From assembly GCA_022750115.1 (NCBI GenBank), contig JAKIWI010000002.1, positions 109,221-173,220 of the forward strand: 64,000 nucleotides of DNA. Reading direction: 5' to 3'. Source of the stretch: Thermoplasmata archaeon (GTDB lineage: Archaea; Thermoplasmatota; Thermoplasmata; Lutacidiplasmatales; UBA184). The position numbers and the translations under genes were made by a program. Positions 27,408 through 35,805 of this stretch are shown here, in pieces (position 1 is the first letter of the stretch; every line of letters begins with the position of its first letter). The notes under the pieces were generated by a model, which was given only the letters and a program-made list of their open reading frames with translations, was not told where the DNA came from and did not search any database.

Positions 27408-27923
27408 TTGGAGGGAGACCGGCCCCGCGTCGCCACGGCCCTGACCATCGTGGCGGGAGCCCTGATGGTTTGGCAGGCGGTGTCCACCTACTACCTGATC
27501 GACACGGCGACCCCCCTGGGAGGTTCTGCACTCCTCGTCGCTCTCGCCGGCTTCTTCTTCTGGTCGATCTTGGACGGGCTGGTTCTCGTCGCGCTGGGAG
27601 TGGTGCTCGGGCTAGTTCCGAAGTACCGAACCGCCCTCGGACTGTGGATCATGATTCTCTCGCTCCTCAGCCTGGCGGTGAGCTCCGAACTGCTCTTCGC
27701 CGCCGTCGTTGGGGTCGTCGGGGGCGCGATGGCGATCCGCCTCGAGCTCGCCGTCGATGCGCCCGCCGATTCCTTGCGGTTTCCCTCCCGGCCCCGCACT
27801 CCTTCCCGGGTGAGAAGCGGGCATCTCCCGACGACCCGAGTAGCCCGCGAGACCCAACCGGGAGTTCACAGCCCTCCGGTCTCCGCATCAAATCCGGATC
27901 GGGGATCCCAATCCACCCAGTAA
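27408..27923 (+). CDS. Polytopic membrane protein, paralog of 26728..27303 (no zinc ribbon)
   Basis: 'RPRVATALTIVAGALMVW' aligns with 'EKPIAAFALSLAGGVMIF' of the neighbour, and both carry '...GGxxAIRxE'. The putative TTG start at 27408 is uncertain. Confidence 0.45.
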   Translation: MEGDRPRVATALTIVAGALMVWQAVSTYYLIDTATPLGGSALLVALAGFFFWSILDGLVLVALGVVLGLVPKYRTALGLWIMILSLLSLAVSSELLFAAVVGVVGGAMAIRLELAVDAPADSLRFPSRPRTPSRVRSGHLPTTRVARETQPGVHSPPVSASNPDRGSQSTQ

Positions 27924-28069
27924 CCGGACGAGAACCCAGACCGATCCCGGCCAATTCCCGATCCGTTCGCGACACGGTCGGCCGGGCCGCCCAGAGGACC
28001 GACCAACGCGCCGAAATCGACGTGGGACAGGCCACAATCCGGGGAGCGAACGAAGGTCGGCCGTAACCC

Positions 28070-28075
28070 TATATA
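28070..28075 (+). promoter_or_regulatory. TATA box (TATATA) of the rpl44e-rps27e-eif2a-nop10 operon
   Basis: The only AT-rich hexamer in the spacer, centred about 27 nt upstream of the ATG at 28099. This implies a leaderless transcript. Confidence 0.55.
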
Positions 28076-28098
28076 CAAGGCTCGGCTCGGCGCCGCCG

Positions 28099-28383
28099 AT
28101 GCATTATCCCAAGGTCGTTCGGACCTATTGCCCGAAGTGTCGGGTGCACACCGAGCACGACGTCGAGAAGGCGAAGAAGCGCCCCGCATCGGAACTCAAG
28201 TGGGGGCAGCGCCGATTCCGTCGGGCGACGAGCGGCTACGGTGGTTTCCCTCGGCCAAAGCCCGAGGGCCGCGCCAAGCCCGTCCGCCGCGTCTTTCTGA
28301 AGTACAAGTGCAAGAAATGCAAATACACCGTCCAGCCGAAGAGCTGGCGGGCGGGAACCCTCGAACTCGTGGAGCACCGCTAG
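28099..28383 (+). CDS. rpl44e: Ribosomal protein L44e (eL42)
   Basis: 'YCPKCRVHTEH...KYKCKKCKY' zinc ribbon and 'GQRRFRRATSGYGG'. Confidence 0.95.
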   Translation: MHYPKVVRTYCPKCRVHTEHDVEKAKKRPASELKWGQRRFRRATSGYGGFPRPKPEGRAKPVRRVFLKYKCKKCKYTVQPKSWRAGTLELVEHR

Positions 28384-28385
28384 AC

Positions 28386-28565
28386 ATGCCGGCCCGAGGT
28401 CCGTCCCCGTTCTGGGTCGTCAAGTGCCCCGACTGCTCCGGTGAACAGACGATGTTCAGCCGACCCGCCACGACGGTCAACTGCTCCGTGTGCGGGGCGC
28501 GGCTCGCGACCCCGACCGGCGGGCAAGCCAAGCTCCGCGGCGAACTCCTGCGGACCGTCTCGTAG
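28386..28565 (+). CDS. rps27e: Ribosomal protein S27e
   Basis: 'FWVVKCPDCSGEQTMFSRPATTVNCSVCG' is a C4 zinc ribbon. 59 aa. Internal ATG at 28386. Confidence 0.9.
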   Translation: MPARGPSPFWVVKCPDCSGEQTMFSRPATTVNCSVCGARLATPTGGQAKLRGELLRTVS

Positions 28566-28579
28566 GGAGTCAATCGTTC

Positions 28580-29356
28580 TTGCCGCTCAGGCCCGAGTTC
28601 CCCGAGGAGGGGGAGCTCGTCGTCGGTACCGTCACCTCGATCCGGAACTTCGGGGCGTTCGTCACGCTCGACGAGTTCGCGAACCGCGAGGCGTTCATCC
28701 ATCTTTCCGAGGTCGCGACGGGGTGGGTCAAGTACATCCGGGACCACATCCGCGAGGGCCAGAAGATCGTCGCGCGGGTCCTGCGCCTCGACCCGGCGAA
28801 GAACCAGATCGACCTGTCCCTCAAGCGGATCAACGACCACCAGCGCCGCGAGAAGATCCAGAGCTGGAAGAACGAGCAGAAGGCGGTCCGCCTGCTGAAC
28901 CTCGTCGCCGCCAACCTGAATATCGAGCCGGACGCGACGCACGAGCTGTTCGCCGAGACGCTGGTCGAGCGCTACGGCAGCCTGTTCGATGCTTTCGAGG
29001 TCGCCGCGGCGGACCCGAAGCGATTCCAGAAAGAAGGCGGGAAGGCGGCCTGGGTCACCGCGTTCCTGAAGACGGCGCAGGAGAACATCGTCCCGCCCCA
29101 CATCACGATCCGGGGCACCCTCGAGCTCACCGACTCCTCCCCCACGGGCGTCGAGACCGTCCGCAAGGCGCTCCAGGCCGCCGAGGCCGTCGACCCGGAG
29201 TCCGTTATTGTCCAGTACGTAGGCGCGCCGCGCTACCGAATTCAGGTGGGCGGGACGCAATACAAACAGGCGGAAGAAACGATGAAGCACGCAACCGAGG
29301 CCGCGATCGCCGCGATCAAGTCGATGGGCGGTCAGGGGAGCTTCGCGCGCGCATGA
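28580..29356 (+). CDS. eif2a: Translation initiation factor aIF2 alpha subunit
   Basis: S1 domain 'GELVVGTVTSIRNFGAFVTLDEF..EAFIHLSEVATGWVKYIRDHIREGQKIVARVLRLD'. The putative TTG start at 28580 is uncertain. Confidence 0.88.
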   Translation: MPLRPEFPEEGELVVGTVTSIRNFGAFVTLDEFANREAFIHLSEVATGWVKYIRDHIREGQKIVARVLRLDPAKNQIDLSLKRINDHQRREKIQSWKNEQKAVRLLNLVAANLNIEPDATHELFAETLVERYGSLFDAFEVAAADPKRFQKEGGKAAWVTAFLKTAQENIVPPHITIRGTLELTDSSPTGVETVRKALQAAEAVDPESVIVQYVGAPRYRIQVGGTQYKQAEETMKHATEAAIAAIKSMGGQGSFARA

Positions 29357-29529
29357 CGGACTCGTTGCTCCGCGTCTGCCGCCAGTGCGCCCGCTACACG
29401 TTCTCCGACGCCTGCCCGAACGGGCACGGCGCGACCCGCACCCCGCACCCGCCCCGCTACTCTCCCCACGACCGGTGGGGAAAGTACCGCCGGGCCCTCT
29501 ACGCTGCCGGCCCGTCCGGGGGGGCGTAA
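29353..29529 (+). CDS. nop10: H/ACA RNP protein Nop10
   Basis: 'LRVCRQCARYTFSDACPNGHG...HPPRYSPHDRWGKYRR'. ATGA overlap with eif2a. Confidence 0.9.
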   Translation: MTDSLLRVCRQCARYTFSDACPNGHGATRTPHPPRYSPHDRWGKYRRALYAAGPSGGA

Positions 29530-29533
29530 GTCG

Positions 29534-30058
29534 ATGGCGGCGGTGATGCACCGGATCAAGGTCGTCAACGACATGAGTGAGCTCGTTCCGATCCTGCGGG
29601 CCGTCGACTCGCCGGTGAAGCTGAAGCTCGTTCAGCGGCTTGCCGATGCCTGGCTGACGAGCGAAGACGTCGAGCGCGAGTTCGGGAAGGAAGGGACGAA
29701 GGCGCTCTCCTTCTTCGAGAAGCTGAAGCTGATCGACACCCGCTGGGTCGCACGGGAAGGCAAGCGCCAACCGGAGAAGAGCTACCACTTCTACTACTCC
29801 ACGATCAACATCAACACGACCGCCCCGCTGGCGGAGGTGAGCGAGATCCTCGCCATCGCCTCGATGCCGGACAAGGACTACGCGAAGCTCGAGAAGCGGA
29901 TCTTCGACGCGGTCGGCGACGCCGGCCGATTCTTCTCCGATGTCGCGGAGGAGCTCGGGATGTCGCCGACGCGTCTGAAGGGGCTCGTCAAGCGTTCCGA
30001 CAAGCTGGAATACCGGGGCCATCGGATCGAGCGGTTCCATGCCGCGCCCGCGACGTAG
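29534..30058 (+). CDS. Uncharacterised winged-helix (ArsR-like) domain protein
   Basis: N-terminal 'SPVKLKLVQRLADAWLTSEDVEREFG' and C-terminal 'FFSDVAEELGMSPTRLKGLVKR' both look HTH-like. Family not recognised with certainty. Confidence 0.45.
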   Translation: MAAVMHRIKVVNDMSELVPILRAVDSPVKLKLVQRLADAWLTSEDVEREFGKEGTKALSFFEKLKLIDTRWVAREGKRQPEKSYHFYYSTININTTAPLAEVSEILAIASMPDKDYAKLEKRIFDAVGDAGRFFSDVAEELGMSPTRLKGLVKRSDKLEYRGHRIERFHAAPAT

Positions 30059-30590
30059 CGCGGGGCCCCGCGTCTCGGTCCTGCGCATCGGCCACCGGGC
30101 TGGGCGCGACCCGCGTCTCACCACGCACGTCGCGCTCACCGCCCGCGCCTTCGGCGCCGAGCGGCTGTACTTGCATCCCGGCGATGCCGCGCTCGCCGAG
30201 CGGATCGCACGGGTCGCCGCCACCTGGGGTGGTTCGTTCGCCGTCGAAGCCGTCCGCGACTGGAAGCGTCTGATCCGGGAGTTCGACGGGGTCGTCGTCC
30301 ACTTGACGATGTACGGCGAACCGGTCGCTCGGGTCGCCCCCAAACTGCGGCGCGCGACGTCGGTCCTCCTGGTCGTCGGAGGGGCGAAAGTGCCCCCGGA
30401 CCTCTATCGGTTGGCGGCCCACAACGTCGCCGTCGGCCATCAGCCGCACAGCGAGGTCGCCGCGCTCGCGGTGATCCTGGCGAAGATTCGAGGAATCCCG
30501 GGTCCTGGGGTCTGGCCGGGAGCGAGGGCGGTCCTCGTTCCGCAGGCCCATGGGAAGAAGGTCGTGGCGATCGCGGAGGGCGCGGGGTGA
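30039..30590 (+). CDS. trm56: tRNA (cytidine56-2'-O)-methyltransferase aTrm56
   Basis: 'VLRIGHRAGRDPRLTTHVALTARAFGA' and 'VVGGAKVP...VAVGHQPHSEVAALAV' are the SPOUT Trm56 signature. Confidence 0.85.
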   Translation: MPRPRRSAGPRVSVLRIGHRAGRDPRLTTHVALTARAFGAERLYLHPGDAALAERIARVAATWGGSFAVEAVRDWKRLIREFDGVVVHLTMYGEPVARVAPKLRRATSVLLVVGGAKVPPDLYRLAAHNVAVGHQPHSEVAALAVILAKIRGIPGPGVWPGARAVLVPQAHGKKVVAIAEGAG

Positions 30591-31582
30591 GCGGGGAGCC
30601 GATTCCGCCCGGTTCGCTCCCGCTCGCCGCCCGGGCCCCGGGAAAGTGCATCCTGTTCGGCGAGCACGCCGTGGTGCACGGCCGGCCGGAACTGGTCCTC
30701 GCGATCGACCTCCCCGTTCAGGTCGGCGTGCAATCCGCCGTGCGATCGAGCCTGAACCGCGATTTCGAGGCGACCGAGCGCCATCCGTACTTCCGCGCCG
30801 CGCTCAAGCAACTGTGGGCCGACGGCCCGCCCATCGAGGTCCGTGTCCAGTCCCGTGTCCCCCGCGCGGCAGGGCTCGGCTCGAGCGCGGCGTTCTCGGC
30901 GGCCCTCGCGGCCACGCTCAGCTCCGCCCGCGGAGGAATCTCACGCGCCGGACTGGCCGAGCGGGCGTTCGCCGTCGAGCGGGCGGCGCAGGGCGTCGGG
31001 AGTCCGGGCGACACGGCGGCGTCGGTCGCCGGCGGCTACGTCTCCCTGAACGGCCCCGGCGGCGAAGTACTCTCGGAGTACACCGACGGGAACCAGTCGT
31101 GGACCGCCCGCCGGGTTCACGACCCATCCTGGTCCTGGGTCGTCGCCTACTCCGGACTCCCGCGGAGCACCGCGGATGCGGTTCGAGCGGTCGGCGAGCG
31201 CCTGAAGCGCAGCGACGGGCCGGAGCTGCTCGACCGATTTGCCCGGGTCGCGGAGTCGGGCATTCGGGCCGTAGTGGCCGAGGACCGAGAGGCGGTCGGA
31301 ACGCTCCTCGACGAGAACCAGCTGTTGTTGGCGGAGGTGGGCGTCTCGCACCCGCAGCTGGAGAAACTGCTCCGGGCGGCGCGACCAACGATCCTTGGAG
31401 GCAAGCTCACCGGGGCCGGCGCCGGGGGCTCCGTCGTGGTGCTCCCCCTCCCGGGACGGGAGCTCGACGCCGCGCGGCGGATGGCGCGCGCCGGTGGACT
31501 TCCGTTCGTTGTCCGACCCGAGTCCGAAGGCGCCTCGCTGGTGGCGAGGCCGGTCGAGCCCGCGGCGCCTACCGACGAGTGA
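30587..31582 (+). CDS. mvk: Mevalonate kinase
   Basis: GHMP motifs 'APGKCILFGEHAVVHG', 'GLGSSAAFSAALAA' and 'KLTGAGAGGSVVVL'. Confidence 0.9.
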   Translation: MSGEPIPPGSLPLAARAPGKCILFGEHAVVHGRPELVLAIDLPVQVGVQSAVRSSLNRDFEATERHPYFRAALKQLWADGPPIEVRVQSRVPRAAGLGSSAAFSAALAATLSSARGGISRAGLAERAFAVERAAQGVGSPGDTAASVAGGYVSLNGPGGEVLSEYTDGNQSWTARRVHDPSWSWVVAYSGLPRSTADAVRAVGERLKRSDGPELLDRFARVAESGIRAVVAEDREAVGTLLDENQLLLAEVGVSHPQLEKLLRAARPTILGGKLTGAGAGGSVVVLPLPGRELDAARRMARAGGLPFVVRPESEGASLVARPVEPAAPTDE

Positions 31583-32765
31583 CGACGCGCACGACGGCGC
31601 CCGCCTCGAGGGGCGAGTCGGCGGCGAGCGCGCGGTGCGTCCGCGCATCGATGGCCTTGAGGAAGTTCTCCCCGAGATCCGAGTGGATCCGGTAGGCGAA
31701 GTCCCGAGCGTGCGTGCCGGCCGGAACGAGGAACGCATCCGGGAGGACCCGGCCGCGGCTGTCGGTCCACTTCTGCTCGTCCTCGACGGGGAACACGACG
31801 ACCTCCCGGAGCCCCTCGAAGACCATCTGTTCGAGGGCGGCCTGAACCCCGGTCGTTCCCCACGCCTTCAAGATCGCGCGGATCTCTTCCAGCGCCCGGC
31901 GCTGTCCGATCGACAGCCGGTCGGCGTCGACGATGTCGAAGTTCGAGGCGCCCGGGGAATATCGCACCAGGTTCGCCCGCTGAGCGCGGCGCAGGGTGAG
32001 CTCGGCCTCCGCGGAAGTCGGCAGCGAGGGGAGCGGTCGAACGCGTTCGGTGAGTTCGGCGACCTGGGCCGGCGTCGTGCGGTCGCACTTGTTCCATGCG
32101 ACGCAGCGAGGCTTGGAGGCGCGCAGGAGCGCGGCAGCGAGCGCCCGCCGTTCGGAGTCGTTCCAGCGGGCCGGGTGCGCGCGGTCGACCGGCGTCTCCC
32201 GCAGGGCGGAGGCGATATTGCCCGGCGTGATGGCGAGTCCCGTCAGCCGGGATTGCAGAAGTTCCTCGACTGAGCCGCCGGTGAGCTCGATCGACTTCGA
32301 GTGCTTCGAGAAGTCGCGGGAAAGGATCCCCGCGATCCACGAGATGAGCTCGGCCTCCAGCCACTCGACCTCCTCGGCGGGGTCGGTCGTCCCGACCGGG
32401 GCGGGAACGCCCTCGGCCGTCGTCGCCCCGGCGCCATCGACGACCTGAAGGAATCCGGACGCGGTCCGCAACTCGTCGAGGAACTCGTGACCGAGCCCCT
32501 TCCCCTCGTGGGCGCCCGGCACCAGGCCGGGAACGTCGATGAGTCCGATCGGGACCCAGCGCGTCCCGTCCACGCACTTCGCGTTGCCCGGCGTGCACGC
32601 GATCCCACGCTCCGTGTGGGGGCAGGGGACGCGCACGGCGCCGACGCCGCGGTTCGGTTTCAGGGTGGTGAACGGGTAGGGGGCGACCGGCACATCCATG
32701 AGGGTGAGGGCGTTGAACAGTGTGGACTTTCCGACGTTCGGCTTGCCAACGACGCCGACCTCCAT
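31569..32765 (-). CDS. ychF: Obg-family GTPase/ATPase, YchF-like with C-terminal TGS
   Basis: G1 'VGKPNVGKSTLFNALT', 'DVPGLVPGAHEGKGLG' and 'NKCD'. 398 aa. Confidence 0.85.
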   Translation of the reverse strand: MEVGVVGKPNVGKSTLFNALTLMDVPVAPYPFTTLKPNRGVGAVRVPCPHTERGIACTPGNAKCVDGTRWVPIGLIDVPGLVPGAHEGKGLGHEFLDELRTASGFLQVVDGAGATTAEGVPAPVGTTDPAEEVEWLEAELISWIAGILSRDFSKHSKSIELTGGSVEELLQSRLTGLAITPGNIASALRETPVDRAHPARWNDSERRALAAALLRASKPRCVAWNKCDRTTPAQVAELTERVRPLPSLPTSAEAELTLRRAQRANLVRYSPGASNFDIVDADRLSIGQRRALEEIRAILKAWGTTGVQAALEQMVFEGLREVVVFPVEDEQKWTDSRGRVLPDAFLVPAGTHARDFAYRIHSDLGENFLKAIDARTHRALAADSPLEAGAVVRVVTRR

Positions 32766-32787
32766 GGATGCCCCCGTCGCGCCCGAC

Positions 32788-33339
32788 TCAGATGGCGTAG
32801 TTGGGCGCTTGCTCGATGAATCCGGCCTTCCGGTTGACGACGAGGGCGACCGCGAACAGAAGGTCGCTCAGCCGGTTGGCCCACTGGATCAGCTCGTCGC
32901 TCACGGGTGCCTCCGCATGGAGCGCCCAGAGCTCGCGCTCCGCGCGGCGCGCGACCGTGCGCGCGATGTGGAGGGCCGCCCCCGCCGGGGTCCCTCTCGG
33001 GAGGACGAACGCGTGGACGGGCTCGATCTCGCCGGAGTACTGGTCGATGAGCGCCTCGAGCTCCGCGACGTGGCGGGAGGAGATTCGGTGGGCGGGGGGA
33101 GCGTGGTCGGGCGGGGTCGCGAGCTCGCTCATCGCAACATACAGCTGGTGCTGCAGTCGGACGAGGAGCTCGCCCACGTCCCCGCGGGGGGTCGGGAGGT
33201 TCGCCTCGGCGGCGCCGAGAAAGGCGCCGAGCTCGTCGAACGTCCCGAAGGCGCGGATGCGCGCGGAGGTCTTCGCTACGCGGGCACCGCCGCTGAGGCC
33301 GGTCTCGCCATGGTCGCCGGTACGGGTGTAGAGCCGCGT
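32788..33339 (-). CDS. PduO-type ATP:cob(I)alamin adenosyltransferase (no canonical start codon)
   Basis: The ORF track lists only the C-terminal 129 aa. The same open frame continues upstream as '...TRLYTRTGDHGETGLSGGARVAKTSARIRAFGTFDELGAFLG', the conserved PduO N-terminus. There is no ATG/GTG/TTG in frame above 33177. The 5' end is set at the ACG codon (complement of 33337-33339), and a CTG lies at 33363. Confidence 0.7.
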   Translation of the reverse strand, partial: TRLYTRTGDHGETGLSGGARVAKTSARIRAFGTFDELGAFLGAAEANLPTPRGDVGELLVRLQHQLYVAMSELATPPDHAPPAHRISSRHVAELEALIDQYSGEIEPVHAFVLPRGTPAGAALHIARTVARRAERELWALHAEAPVSDELIQWANRLSDLLFAVALVVNRKAGFIEQAPNYAI

Positions 33340-33527
33340 ACGGTCCGAGCCTCCGGTCGCCAGGGGAGCGCGTCGATCGGCGAGCTCAGCCCGTGGACGG
33401 GGCAGAATGAGATGTGCAGCACCTCATTATGCTTCGCGTCTTGGCGGCACAGTCGGCAAATAAACCCGCTTCGCTGGCTCCAGGCAATCCCTAGCGTCTC
33501 CATTCAACCACGTTCCCTTCGTGCGCC

Positions 33528-33926
33528 CTAGCCCTCGAGCATTCCCTGCCCTCGCTTGTCGAGCTGACGGCGTTCGCGTCGCCGCGCCGCTCCGTCCCGC
33601 GCATTCTGGCGCAGGCGCGGAAGGCGGTCGTCGTGCAGGCGAGCGAAGTCACCGAGGCCGAGGGTCAGGAGCAGAGTCACCGCTGCGTCCAGATCCGCGG
33701 CCCATCCGTCCTCGACCAGCTCTTCGACCTTGGCGAGCAACGCCACCGGTAGCTCGGGCGCTCCGGTCCCAACCTTCTCCGAATCGCGCACGAGGGCGCG
33801 CACCGCATCGGAGCGGGTCGAGGCACCAGAGCGAGTCCGGAACCGGTCGAGCTGCTCGACCTCTCCCGCCGTCAGCCGGACGCCGAGGAAGTGGTCGGAG
33901 CGGGGAGGCTCTCGGGCCAATCGCAC
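33528..33926 (-). CDS. Ribbon-helix-helix (CopG-like) DNA-binding protein
   Basis: 'HFLGVRLTAGEVEQLDRFRTRSGASTRSDAVRALV' has the RHH beta-alpha-alpha pattern. GTG start. Confidence 0.6.
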   Translation of the reverse strand: MRLAREPPRSDHFLGVRLTAGEVEQLDRFRTRSGASTRSDAVRALVRDSEKVGTGAPELPVALLAKVEELVEDGWAADLDAAVTLLLTLGLGDFARLHDDRLPRLRQNARDGAARRRERRQLDKRGQGMLEG

Positions 33927-33949
33927 GGCGTTTAACAGAATTTAACGAC

Positions 33950-33955
33950 TATATC
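33950..33955. promoter_or_regulatory. Bidirectional AT-rich promoter core (TATATC/GATATA)
   Basis: Centred about 26 nt upstream of the RHH GTG (33926, minus strand). On the plus strand it precedes the A1 box and the long non-coding gap. Confidence 0.45.
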
Positions 33956-33970
33956 TATTTTCTGCCATTG

Positions 33971-34000
33971 TTGTTTAACAGTCGGGGGCAGGGCGTCTCC
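33971..34000 (+). repeat. Intergenic box copy A1: TTGTTTAACAGTCGGGGGCAGGGCGTCTCC
   Basis: Near-identical to 48690..48719 (3 mismatches in my 30-nt manual alignment). A degenerate tandem copy lies at 34059..34087. Confidence 0.8.
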
Positions 34001-34058
34001 AATCTCGCCCAAAGAAATCCTCCCCGATCGTGGCCCTAGCCCGACCCTCCTCTCGGAC

Positions 34059-34087
34059 CGTTGAACATCCGGGGGGAGGGCGTCTCC
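34059..34087 (+). repeat. Intergenic box copy A2 (degenerate): CGTTGAACATCCGGGGGGAGGGCGTCTCC
   Basis: Same GTTnAAC-N-GGGGG-N-GGGCGTCTCC layout, 88 nt downstream of A1. Confidence 0.6.
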
Positions 34088-34579
34088 GCCCCTCGATAGC
34101 GAGGTCGTAGCGATCACCGCTTGAACCTCGAAACCCCCGGCCCCCGACCCGGGCCGGACCGCCGATTCCGCGGATTCGGGACCTCGCGGGCGTCGATGGC
34201 ACGGCGCGGACTCGCGGTGGGTCGCTGGGTCCGAAAACGGGAAGGCTGCGGTCGCAACGACGGTCGCGCCTCGGGCCGGCGCTCGCCTCACGGCGGCGAG
34301 CCACGCGGTTGGGCTAGGCCGGTGCACGTTCCGAATGCCGCACGCCGGGACCGCCTCATGCGATGCCGGAACTCTAACGGAGTGCCGACCCCGCCCCTAT
34401 AGCCGAAAGTCCCGGAGCCGCGACAAGACCTTTCCCACCCTCCAGGATTGATCTATGCTTCCGGAACTCGGCTCCTTCCCCGGAGGAATACGGCCGTTGC
34501 TGCGCCTGGAGGCGCGCCGCAGAAGTGGCCACCGAATCCGAGGCCGAAATCCCTTTTGCGATGCCGGCCACTGAGGGTC

Positions 34580-35467
34580 ATGAGCCCGGTCCGTTCAGGT
34601 GGGCCGCCGCGGAGGATCGGTTGGAGCCGCCTCCAATCCTGGGCGGTCGTCGGCTTCCTCGTCGTCCTCCCTCTCCCGCTCGCCCTGGGGTTCGGATGGT
34701 TCGGGCTCAATCCGGTCACTGCGGAAAGGAACGCGCCCGTCGGCTCCCTCGCCCACGAGCTTCTCAACTCGTTTCCGGACGACCGGCTCCTCGTCGAGAT
34801 CGCCTCGGCCCCGGGGGCCGCGCCGCCCGCCGCTTCCGTTTCGCTGCTGTGGGCCCGGATGAATGAGACCGTTCAGAAGGCGTCGATCCAGTTCGTTTTC
34901 GAGACCGTATCGGTCCCCACGGCGTCGTTCACGGCCGACGGGCTTTTCTCGATCGAGGAGGGCGTCCGCCAGTCCTGGCCCGCGGTCGGAGAGATGGCGC
35001 TTTTCTACCTGTGCCTTCACGGATCGTATGCGGACCAATCCGGTGTCCTCGGGCTGGCGTACCGGGGGAGTTCGATTGCGGTCTTCTCGGACACGATCGC
35101 ATCGACAGCGGGCGGCGGAGACCCAACCGCGATTACAAGCACCGTCCTGATCCACGAATTCGGACACGAACTCGGGCTCGTGGGTCTCGTGGGAACCGCA
35201 CCGAACGAAGACCCGGCCCACCCTGGGCATTCGACCGACCCGAACGATGTGATGTACTACGCGGTCGAAACCTCGGGGGGCCTCGGCAGTCTCTTCGGCG
35301 GCACGCCGCCTCCCACGCAGTTCGGGGCCGCGGACCTCGCCGACCTCGGGACCGTTCGCAACACCCCGATCCCCCTCGAACTGATTCCCCCGGTGGTCCT
35401 GACCTTGTGCTGGATTGCGGCTGGGGCCGCCGTTGTCGTGGTCCGGCGGGCCGCCCTCAGGTCATGA
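34580..35467 (+). CDS. Membrane-anchored zinc metalloprotease (HExxH)
   Basis: N-terminal TM 'WAVVGFLVVLPLPLALGF', zincin motif 'VLIHEFGHELGL' followed by 'HPGHSTDPNDVMYY', and a C-terminal TM. Start taken at the internal ATG 34580, because the ORF-track start 34448 lies in the structured gap. Confidence 0.7.
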   Translation: MSPVRSGGPPRRIGWSRLQSWAVVGFLVVLPLPLALGFGWFGLNPVTAERNAPVGSLAHELLNSFPDDRLLVEIASAPGAAPPAASVSLLWARMNETVQKASIQFVFETVSVPTASFTADGLFSIEEGVRQSWPAVGEMALFYLCLHGSYADQSGVLGLAYRGSSIAVFSDTIASTAGGGDPTAITSTVLIHEFGHELGLVGLVGTAPNEDPAHPGHSTDPNDVMYYAVETSGGLGSLFGGTPPPTQFGAADLADLGTVRNTPIPLELIPPVVLTLCWIAAGAAVVVVRRAALRS

Positions 35468-35755
35468 TTCGGTAGGGGGCCCAGCGGACCTTCCCCCGCG
35501 GATTTGGCCGGCACTCCGACCCCAGTCGAGCTGGTGAGCGGTGGGAGGGGGAGCGTGCCTCGCGATCCTCTTGCCGACGACTCGATTCGCGACTGCGCCA
35601 ATCGAACGAGTTCGTGCGGCCGTGTCGCCACCAGGTCCGCCCCCTTCGGGTCACGGAGCCCATGTTGCGGTTCCGGGGCACGCCGGCCGCACAAGCCGGC
35701 CCGGCGTCCGACGTATGGGACGGGTTTCGTCTATCGGAGGTGAGCGTTGCCGACC

Positions 35756-35805
35756 AAGTTGGTGACGGGGGTGCCCCGACTGTTTAACAAAAGGGGGCAC
35801 CCCCC
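35756..35805 (+). repeat. Intergenic element copy C: AAGTTGGTGACGGGGGTGCCCC-GAC-TGTTTAAC-AAAA-GGGGGCACCCCC
   Basis: Shares GTTGGTG-NN-GGGGGTGCCCC-N3-TGTTTAAC with 48667..48698. GGGGGTGCCCC and GGGGCACCCCC form an inverted repeat bracketing the TTTAAC core. Confidence 0.7.

Noticed and set aside
33971-34087. Two copies of a ~29-nt box 88 nt apart, considered as a possible mini-CRISPR array.
   Set aside because: There are only two tandem copies, and the second is degenerate. The other copies are dispersed singly next to genes, and no cas genes are present. They fit a regulatory or mobile intergenic element better.
34405-34412. 'GAAAGUCC' string resembling the CR-I/P4 motif of RNase P RNA.
   Set aside because: I found no complementary P4 3' strand or ACAGAA...GGCUUA-type CR-V element on the plus strand within a plausible distance. 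The only candidate, 'GCAGAAGUGGCCAC', is not complementary. Only about 180 nt remain before the next CDS.
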